Shown: one piece after another, positions 25,888-32,000 of the stretch | Position numbering within the stretch: position 1 is the stretch's first letter | Layout of the letters: the number at the start of each line of letters is the position of its first letter | Assembly (NCBI RefSeq): GCF_000015145.1 | Contig: NC_008818.1 | Span: 1,080,001-1,112,000 of the forward strand | Length of the DNA stretch: 32,000 nt | Direction of reading: 5' to 3' | Origin: Hyperthermus butylicus DSM 5456 | GTDB lineage: Archaea; Thermoproteota; Thermoprotei_A; Sulfolobales; Pyrodictiaceae | The notes under the pieces: generated by a model | Databases searched by the model: none | What the model was told of the DNA's origin: nothing | The model's input: the letters and a program-made list of their open reading frames with translations, nothing else | Made by a program: the position numbers and the translations under genes

Positions 25888-26114
25888 GCCTACACCACCC
25901 AGGCCTGGAGACGGATAGCGTGAACCCTCTAATCAACTACACAGAGAACCAAACCAGCACACCTCCGCACCGGCATGTAGGGTGGGAAGGGGCTAGCACG
26001 AAGCTAGCTCGCTTTTAAGCATTAGAACCGCGGGAGCTGGTACTGAAGCTGCCACTGCAAGCTGAAGGGGCCGTATAGGCTTCGCCTAGAACAGCATGCT
26101 TACAGCCACCAGTT

Positions 26115-26696
26115 ATGACAGTACTAGGCTTGCAGCTGGGAGACAAGTACCCCCAAAGACCGAGTATAGAGACGATACGGGACAGTTTCTATGCGCCGTT
26201 TGCCCCATACTGGGCGATGAGTACTCGAAAGAGCTAAAATACATCGTCTCGCTATAGCATGAAGCACGCTGCTACATATCCATACCCTCATGGAACTAGT
26301 GTGTCAACCTAGTTGTTTACTATGCACTTAACTTGCTCCCTGAGGGTGATGCTGCTTCCCGCCGAGAAGCTGCTTGCGAGGCTTATACGTATGCGGGTGG
26401 ATATGGGTTTAGAGATGCAATATTCCACGAAAGCTACGAGGCCTACAAGCTCTTGCTAGCTATGTACCTCTAACGTATACTCAGGACGGTCAACTTCTGG
26501 TGTCACAGACCGGTACGAGCTAATTGTCGGCAAATGTTACAAGCTACTTGCACAGCTACAGCAAGGAAATGGAAGCATCGTTACACACTATCATGCAGAG
26601 AATGGAGAAGTGATGCCGGTAGGGGACATAATCATCGAAACTACAAAACATCACCATGTCAGCTCTCCACCTCAAACTACCTACCATTTCTGTTAA
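26115..26696 (+). pseudogene. Cluster of short broken reading frames; possible remnant of a decayed gene
   Basis: Fragments MTVLGLQLGDKYPQRPSIETIRDSFYAPFAPYWAMSTRKS* (26115-26237), CVNLVVYYALNLLPEGDAASRREAACEAYTYAGGYGFRDAIFHESYEAYKLLLAMYL* (26300-26473) and VYSGRSTSGVTDRYELIVGKCYKLLAQLQQGNGSIVTHYHAENGEVMPVGDIIIETTKHHH...* (26475-26696) lie in one strand within a ~0.6 kb gap. Confidence 0.3.
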
Positions 26697-26746
26697 GAAA
26701 CCCTAGAACAGGAATGACAGAACAACCCCTTGAGAATGGAGCTTTC

Positions 26747-27484
26747 TCAGTCCTGCCGACTTGCCTCCACATGTTGTGCCGCTTCGGATATTGTTACCAG
26801 CGTGTAGCCTTTCCCGCGGAGGTATCCTATGAGCTTCCTTAGCAGCTCTAGTGCAGCCTCCCCAGTGTTGTAGCGACAGTCTACTCTTACCCTCGCCCAG
26901 CTCATATCTATGTACTCCCAGGGATGGGCAAAGTATATCCTTAGTCCTCTTGGCAGCACGTCGTGTATCCTCTTTTGGATGCGCCACGGCAGCCGCAGCA
27001 TAGAGGATGTAACAGTCACTGGTAGCCTTACGATGCCATACTCTACCCTTGGCATGGCGCGGAACGGAGGCTTGTAGAGGGCTATCGACGAGTCCACCTG
27101 GTAGCCGAGTTTGTGGAGGACCGGTAAGAGGCTCTGTGGGAGCTTAAGGTTGGGGGCTCGAAAGCTTGTAAGCTGGTCCGTGAACCTTCTGAGCTTAGCT
27201 GTGGCCTTCTCAAGTAGGCTTGCCACAGTACTTCCGGGTAGCTTATCTAGGCGTTCGTGGGCATAGCTATGGCAACCCAGCTCATGGCCCTCATCTACTA
27301 TCCTGCGTATTAGCTGGGGGTACCTCTCAGCTACGCGCGCTGTTGAGAAGAAAGTTGCCCTAACCCTCTCCTGGGATAGTATGTCAAGGATGTATGGGAG
27401 CCCTTCCTCTACCCCGCGGTAGCTCTCGCCGAGGTATGGCGGACAGTCCTGCTCCACGTCAAAGCTGAGTACTGCTATGCGCAA
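26747..27484 (-). CDS. Polysaccharide deacetylase (NodB/CE4-like)
   Basis: LRIAVLSFDVEQDCPPYLGE...VRATFFSTARVAERYPQLIRRIVDEGHELGCHSYAHERLDKL...SFRAPNLKLP: CE4 motifs. TTG 27484 is preceded by GGAAGGTGAG; the ORF is open from 27595. Confidence 0.9.
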   Translation of the reverse strand: MRIAVLSFDVEQDCPPYLGESYRGVEEGLPYILDILSQERVRATFFSTARVAERYPQLIRRIVDEGHELGCHSYAHERLDKLPGSTVASLLEKATAKLRRFTDQLTSFRAPNLKLPQSLLPVLHKLGYQVDSSIALYKPPFRAMPRVEYGIVRLPVTVTSSMLRLPWRIQKRIHDVLPRGLRIYFAHPWEYIDMSWARVRVDCRYNTGEAALELLRKLIGYLRGKGYTLVTISEAAQHVEASRQD

Positions 27485-27494
27485 ACCGGACTGC

Positions 27495-28742
27495 TCACCT
27501 TCCAAGAATCCTTGATACCCGGAGCCAGGCACGGTATAGGAGGTAGCGTTTATCGCTGTCCATAGCCGCGTCCATGGTAGCCCTATACACCTCAACGATG
27601 CTTCTGGCTATCCTCGTCCAGGAGAAGTTCTCTGCAGCATGTAGCGGGGCTGTCTCTGCGAGTCTACGGTGCAGGTTAGGATCTAGGGCTAGCTCGGCTA
27701 TCCTCTCCGATGCCTCCTCATCAGAGGATACAAGGAACCCGGTACGACCATCAGCTACAACGTCCTCTATTCCGCCATCACGGAACCCTATTACTGGTCT
27801 GCCACAAGCCATGGCCTCGAGGGCTGCTATCGAGAATGCCTCCAGCCTCGCCGGCACGAGTAGAAGATCCGAAGCCCAGTAAGCCTCTCGCAGCCCAGCA
27901 CGACCCATAAAACCGTGAACGGTTACCCTTACACCATCCAGGCCATAGAGGTGCTCCTCAACAGCTCGTAGAACCTTGCTGCGCAGCGGACCATCACCAA
28001 TAATGAGGAGGTGAAGTCGCCTCCTCCCAGCAACTATCTTGGCAGCGTAAGCCACGATTGCAGGAGCTTGGTGTATCCGTTTGCGCTCCGTAAACCTCCC
28101 AACCACTAGGACCACAAACTCGCGCTCATCTAGGCCAAGCTTTCTCCGGGCAGCCCTCTCCTCCTCAGCTTCTGGCGGCCTCCAGAACCCCGTGTTAACC
28201 CCATTGGGGATAATGTAGAGGGGAACCTTGCCATCGACTATGCCTAGGAGCCGCCTCGTATCCTCCGCTACCCGGCGGCTAACAGCTATGAATGCATCCA
28301 CCCGTTTCAGCGTATTACGAAGGAGCGGTATGAGGGGCTTAGTGACGGGAGACCAGTAGTAGAGGGAGTGGTTGGTAGCGACTACTGGTACGCCGCGGAT
28401 ACCCCTGGAGAGATTGGCCGCTGCAACAGCGAATGGCGAATATATGCTGTGTATATGCGTGATGTCAAAGCCTATAGTCTTGTAGAGCCGGTTGAGCTTG
28501 AAGAGCGTATCCACTCCGAGGCTTACATGGCTCTTGCGAAAGTAGAAGAAACCCTTAATCCTGTGCACAGCATAAGGGAAATCATCACGATAGGGCTTCA
28601 TGTAGCGATAGTCGTGGGTTATAACGTGAGGCTCATGACCCATCTCGAGGAGTTGGAGTGCAAGCTCGTGTATATGTGTCTCGATGCCTCCTATCTTTGG
28701 GTAGAACCAGTCTGACGCCAACGCAACCTTAAGAGCGTCCAA
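27495..28742 (-). CDS. Glycosyltransferase family 4 protein
   Basis: WFYPKIGGIETHIHELALQLLEMGHEPHVIT, HSIYSPFAVAAANL, FVVLVVGRFTERKRI, RLEAFSIAALEAMACGRPVIGFRDGGIEDVV. Confidence 0.93.
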   Translation of the reverse strand: MDALKVALASDWFYPKIGGIETHIHELALQLLEMGHEPHVITHDYRYMKPYRDDFPYAVHRIKGFFYFRKSHVSLGVDTLFKLNRLYKTIGFDITHIHSIYSPFAVAAANLSRGIRGVPVVATNHSLYYWSPVTKPLIPLLRNTLKRVDAFIAVSRRVAEDTRRLLGIVDGKVPLYIIPNGVNTGFWRPPEAEEERAARRKLGLDEREFVVLVVGRFTERKRIHQAPAIVAYAAKIVAGRRRLHLLIIGDGPLRSKVLRAVEEHLYGLDGVRVTVHGFMGRAGLREAYWASDLLLVPARLEAFSIAALEAMACGRPVIGFRDGGIEDVVADGRTGFLVSSDEEASERIAELALDPNLHRRLAETAPLHAAENFSWTRIARSIVEVYRATMDAAMDSDKRYLLYRAWLRVSRILGR

Positions 28743-29620
28743 GCTTGCCGGCCTCCACCAATAGCAACAGCCAGCCCGCCCAATAGCGAGGCAAATACAT
28801 AGGAAATAAGCCTCTCTACCATGACTATAGCTAGTGCAGTACTAGCCGGTGCACCCAACGCCGTAAATACCGCTGTAAGACCACCCTCGACTATCCCTAG
28901 TCCGCCTGGCGTAAAGGCTACAAGGCCGATAACGAGATACATTACCGAGGCCAACACTATCCTGTAGACAGACGTATCCCACCCAACAGCTACAGCGATA
29001 AAATAAAACCTAGCAACATCAAGTAGCCAGACACCCGAGCTAAGCAACGCAGAGACAATAACGGCGACGCGGTCGCCGAGAAGCTTGCTGAGCCCAACGC
29101 TATTGCCTAGCTGTAACTTTTCGCGTGCACGAAACTTGTCGGCAATATATTCGAGAATACGATCCCAGTACTTGACGCCGACGAAAACACCAACTACTAT
29201 GAGTATCAGCGCAAAAACAATACCAAGCGGTAGGTCACCAGCGGCAAGTTCACCCGTAAGTGCAACTACTGCAATCACTGCAACAGGTATAGCCTCCACA
29301 ACACGTTCAAAGACTATACTGTTAACAATTGTGGGTATCGGCGCCTTCGTCTGAAGGTAGGCATAGGTTACGCGGATAACCTCGCCGCCGGCACGCATGC
29401 TCGGCGTAATATTGTTCACTAGGAACCCCATAAGATACCCCAGGAACGAGTCTTTAACGGGAAACCTTACACCCATCCGTGACAGTATAAAGCTCCAGCG
29501 CAGGGCATAAAGTAGCACCGAGACGATATAGGATACGAATGCTAGCCCGACATAGCGATGGTCGGCGTTGAGCATGATCCTTAAGGACTCGCTGAGACCT
29601 TGCCATAGTTCCTCGAACAA
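28691..29620 (-). CDS. UPF0104 / lysylphosphatidylglycerol synthase-TM-like membrane protein (flippase-like)
   Basis: YALRWSFILSRMG, FLVNNITPSMRAGGEVIRVTYAYLQTKAP, VFERVVEAIPV, FTPGGLGIVEGGLTAVF. Confidence 0.9.
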   Translation of the reverse strand: MFEELWQGLSESLRIMLNADHRYVGLAFVSYIVSVLLYALRWSFILSRMGVRFPVKDSFLGYLMGFLVNNITPSMRAGGEVIRVTYAYLQTKAPIPTIVNSIVFERVVEAIPVAVIAVVALTGELAAGDLPLGIVFALILIVVGVFVGVKYWDRILEYIADKFRAREKLQLGNSVGLSKLLGDRVAVIVSALLSSGVWLLDVARFYFIAVAVGWDTSVYRIVLASVMYLVIGLVAFTPGGLGIVEGGLTAVFTALGAPASTALAIVMVERLISYVFASLLGGLAVAIGGGRQAWTLLRLRWRQTGSTQR

Positions 29621-29750
29621 GGACCCTCATCCCACTGGAATCAATGGGGCAGTGCCTTCCCTTCGCCACCAGGCAGGCTGAGAAGTGGCGGTATTGCTTA
29701 TTTTAAACCTATCCTATGGGAAAAATAGCGGTTTTACCAGGGACACACGT

Positions 29751-30176
29751 TTACAGCGTTATTATCACTGCTTTTGGTATGTAGTCCTGGAAAATGACAC
29801 GTATACGTGTCTCCACATCTATCTGTGCAAGCCTCTCAAGGCCTCTGCGTATAGCATGTAGCCTGGTTATCTTAGCATTTATGCTTTCAGCTATCTCTTC
29901 AAGCACTTCAAGTTCTGTTTTTGCCGTCGGGTTTAGCATTATCTTAACCTTCTCTATCTCTATAACCGTCTCCTTGGCTATTGGACTCTCCTCTATGGTG
30001 CCCCCAGCAAGGAAAGCTATGAGCTTAAGTAGCTTCTCATCACGCTCGCTCTTCGCCCTAAGCTCCTCTATGAGCCTTAGCAGCTCGCCCAGCTTGCGCC
30101 TCAAATCGTTTAGCATGTTGTCTATGTACTTTAGTAGCTCCTGTGGCGAGGAAAACTCTTGAATACCAATAGTCAA
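29751..30176 (-). CDS. Hypothetical coiled-coil protein
   Basis: 141-aa ORF with N-terminal coiled coil and C-terminal helices. TATA-like GTTATATG lies upstream at about 30250 on the minus strand. Confidence 0.65.
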   Translation of the reverse strand: MTIGIQEFSSPQELLKYIDNMLNDLRRKLGELLRLIEELRAKSERDEKLLKLIAFLAGGTIEESPIAKETVIEIEKVKIMLNPTAKTELEVLEEIAESINAKITRLHAIRRGLERLAQIDVETRIRVIFQDYIPKAVIITL

Positions 30177-30282
30177 GATCCTTTACCCAGTGCACTTAGC
30201 TGGCGTCGGGCCTCCTAAAAACTTATAGCTCTACGGGTAAAAACATATAACGTAAGACCTACCAGTGGGCTTTTTAACGCTG

Positions 30283-32000
30283 CTAGAACTCCTCCTCTGC
30301 AGCAAGCCTCATCATTAGTTTGGATAGGTAGTGCCTTATCACTATGAGTATTACTGCCGAAATTACTATCATTATTATGACGTTGAGGTAGCGGAGTAGT
30401 AGCGTCTGTATCGTCGGCTGCAGGGCTAACGTTACCGTGTCATCGGTCGTCAGTAATATGCTGGTACATGCCTGCCGGTAGCCCTTAGCCACTGCACAGA
30501 CTTGGTAGTTCGCGTTAGATGGCAATACTGCGTCAACAGTTCCATCTACTCCTGTCATAAGGGTGGAGGAGAATACTACGTCCATACCAGCAATGTTTAC
30601 TGTTGCTGCTGCAAGGCCTTTACCCTGATCGTTTTCCACTACTATGTGCAGTGTCCGCGGGGTTCTGGCTAGAGCTATTTCTAGCGTAGTGTTTGAAGGC
30701 TTTATCGTTATATTTACTGGCTGGTAGAAGTTCCTAGCAGACTCTATTGTTAGTACGGACCCGTTAACGTGTACCAGCAGTGTTAGGGTCTGTGGGGGGC
30801 CCGGGCTTATTCTTGCTACCTCCACCCCGTCGAGACGGACCACTATGCTATCGACTATCCTGTTCTCGAGCGCCAACTTGTCTAGAATTTTCGCTGTGAC
30901 CGGCATCCTTACTGTTGGAAGCCTAATGTCTAGAACACTGTTATCCCTTGCAAGGTATACTTCTCTCTCAACAACATCGAATATCTTAAACCCAGTGTTG
31001 TCATACGGTAGTGGGTCTATATGCAAGCGATAAGTGCCCTTGACGAGTGTAATAGTTGCTGTTGCATTCAGTACTAGCACGCTGCGGATCTTTTCGTCCT
31101 CGACGCGGTCTATTGTAACCCTTGCTGTAACAGGTATGGTTTCATTGCCTACTACGCCGGTTAGTCGCAGCGTTAGCCTATATGTTACTGGTTCGAGCTG
31201 TATCTCGACTGCTGCACCATTGTCGGTTACGTTTACTGTCCTGGTTAGAGGCTTGAAGAATGGGTCCTCGCCCGCGGGGTGCAGCGGTGTTACCTCTATC
31301 GTCGCGCTGCCGCGGTGCTGTGTCTGGAAGGAGATCAAGTAGGGTCTATCAGCCTCAATACCGTAGAACTCTTGCTCGTATAGTACGCGGTTGTCGCCCA
31401 CCACCCTTAGCCTTATACCATCGCCTTTCGGTGTTGTATATTGCGATGCCAGTGTCACTATGACTGCAACGTTTATCCTTTCAAGGGTTACTATTACGTC
31501 CCTATCAGAGTCCATGCAGATTCTCGTTGTTGCCTCCCGGTAGAGTCCACCCCCGACTTCTCGCACGACGATAGTGTAGTTGCCGGGAAGTAGTTCGCTT
31601 AGCTCTATGCTCCTTGTGCCCGAGGGGTAGGTTGCGCTTATGGTTCTGGATCTCTTTTCGTCTATCAGCTGTACTGTGAGGTTGCGTATTGGCGGCTTAT
31701 TGGTATAGCTATCTACGAGGTGTAATACCAACGTGAACCTCTTATAGGGGACTGTGAGTGTTACATTACTCTTGCCCGCGCATAGTATTTTGTAGCTGCT
31801 TGGCTCGTAGATAGGCTCTTTAGGAGCTACAGTGATCTCTAGTATGCCTGGCTCCATGCATGGTGCTTCTATTGTTGGTCCGGCCTCCACGTATGATATG
31901 CTGTCTACAACCGTATTGTTTACGTAGAGTGTTGCCGCGACTGTGAGGTTTTCAAGTGGCTCGCCGTCTTCGTTAACGAAGCTTATTGACAGCGTTCTAA
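30283..32000 (-). CDS. Large cell-surface protein with tandem beta-sandwich-like domains and a C-terminal TM anchor, truncated by the window end
   Basis: The frame continues upstream of the tracked start at 31890 with no stop: RTLSISFVNEDGEPLENLTVAATLYVNNTVVDSISYVEAGPTIE... The C-terminus is YLNVIIMIVISAVILIVIRHYLSKLMMRLAAEEEF, a TM plus short cytoplasmic tail. Confidence 0.78.
   Translation of the reverse strand, partial: RTLSISFVNEDGEPLENLTVAATLYVNNTVVDSISYVEAGPTIEAPCMEPGILEITVAPKEPIYEPSSYKILCAGKSNVTLTVPYKRFTLVLHLVDSYTNKPPIRNLTVQLIDEKRSRTISATYPSGTRSIELSELLPGNYTIVVREVGGGLYREATTRICMDSDRDVIVTLERINVAVIVTLASQYTTPKGDGIRLRVVGDNRVLYEQEFYGIEADRPYLISFQTQHRGSATIEVTPLHPAGEDPFFKPLTRTVNVTDNGAAVEIQLEPVTYRLTLRLTGVVGNETIPVTARVTIDRVEDEKIRSVLVLNATATITLVKGTYRLHIDPLPYDNTGFKIFDVVEREVYLARDNSVLDIRLPTVRMPVTAKILDKLALENRIVDSIVVRLDGVEVARISPGPPQTLTLLVHVNGSVLTIESARNFYQPVNITIKPSNTTLEIALARTPRTLHIVVENDQGKGLAAATVNIAGMDVVFSSTLMTGVDGTVDAVLPSNANYQVCAVAKGYRQACTSILLTTDDTVTLALQPTIQTLLLRYLNVIIMIVISAVILIVIRHYLSKLMMRLAAEEEF

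Noticed and set aside
26200-26300. GCGATGAG as a possible box C of a C/D sRNA
   Set aside because: No matching D, C' and D' boxes at the proper spacing were found.
26534-26842. 103-aa plus-strand ORF
   Set aside because: Overlaps the 3' end of the CE4 deacetylase and has no conserved features. The nearby frames look decayed.
1-32000. CRISPR array, transposase/IS element, rRNA operon or known defence system
   Set aside because: I saw no regularly spaced direct repeats, no transposase or integrase motifs, no rRNA-like sequence, and no Cas, restriction-modification or toxin-antitoxin signatures. The helicase pair remains only a speculative candidate.

Overview
This is a gene-dense archaeal chromosomal window, probably crenarchaeal and Pyrodictium/Hyperthermus-like. 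That placement is inferred from gene content: NMD3, aIF2-beta, DUF373, DUF424, DUF1152, archaeal MiaB-like-B, SWIM protein, PAC2-like protein, cis-prenyltransferase and frequent GTG/TTG starts. It encodes about 32 supportable CDSs, mostly housekeeping or conserved hypothetical genes. Two of these are edge-truncated reading frames (1..453 and 30283..32000, both minus) and one is a 52-aa AbrB-like gene (17035..17193, minus). The ORF track misses the first and the AbrB-like gene and under-calls the other. I found no rRNA, confident tRNA, CRISPR array, transposon or classical defence island. The points most worth a second look are: a large DEAD/DEAH helicase (5150..7969) with a possible divergent RNase-H-like C-terminal domain and an overlapping 99-aa helical partner; a divergent CitG-like protein translationally overlapped with an amidohydrolase; an amidohydrolase-like protein without the HxH metal motif; a hairpin that appears to cover the Shine-Dalgarno of speH; a ubiquitin-like sulfur carrier next to a tRNA methylthiotransferase; a deacetylase/GT4/UPF0104 surface-glycan cluster near a giant surface protein; several long overlaps between convergent genes; a palindromic TATA-like element between divergent genes; a single-cluster ferredoxin-like mini-protein; and a decayed ORF region at about 26.1-26.7 kb.
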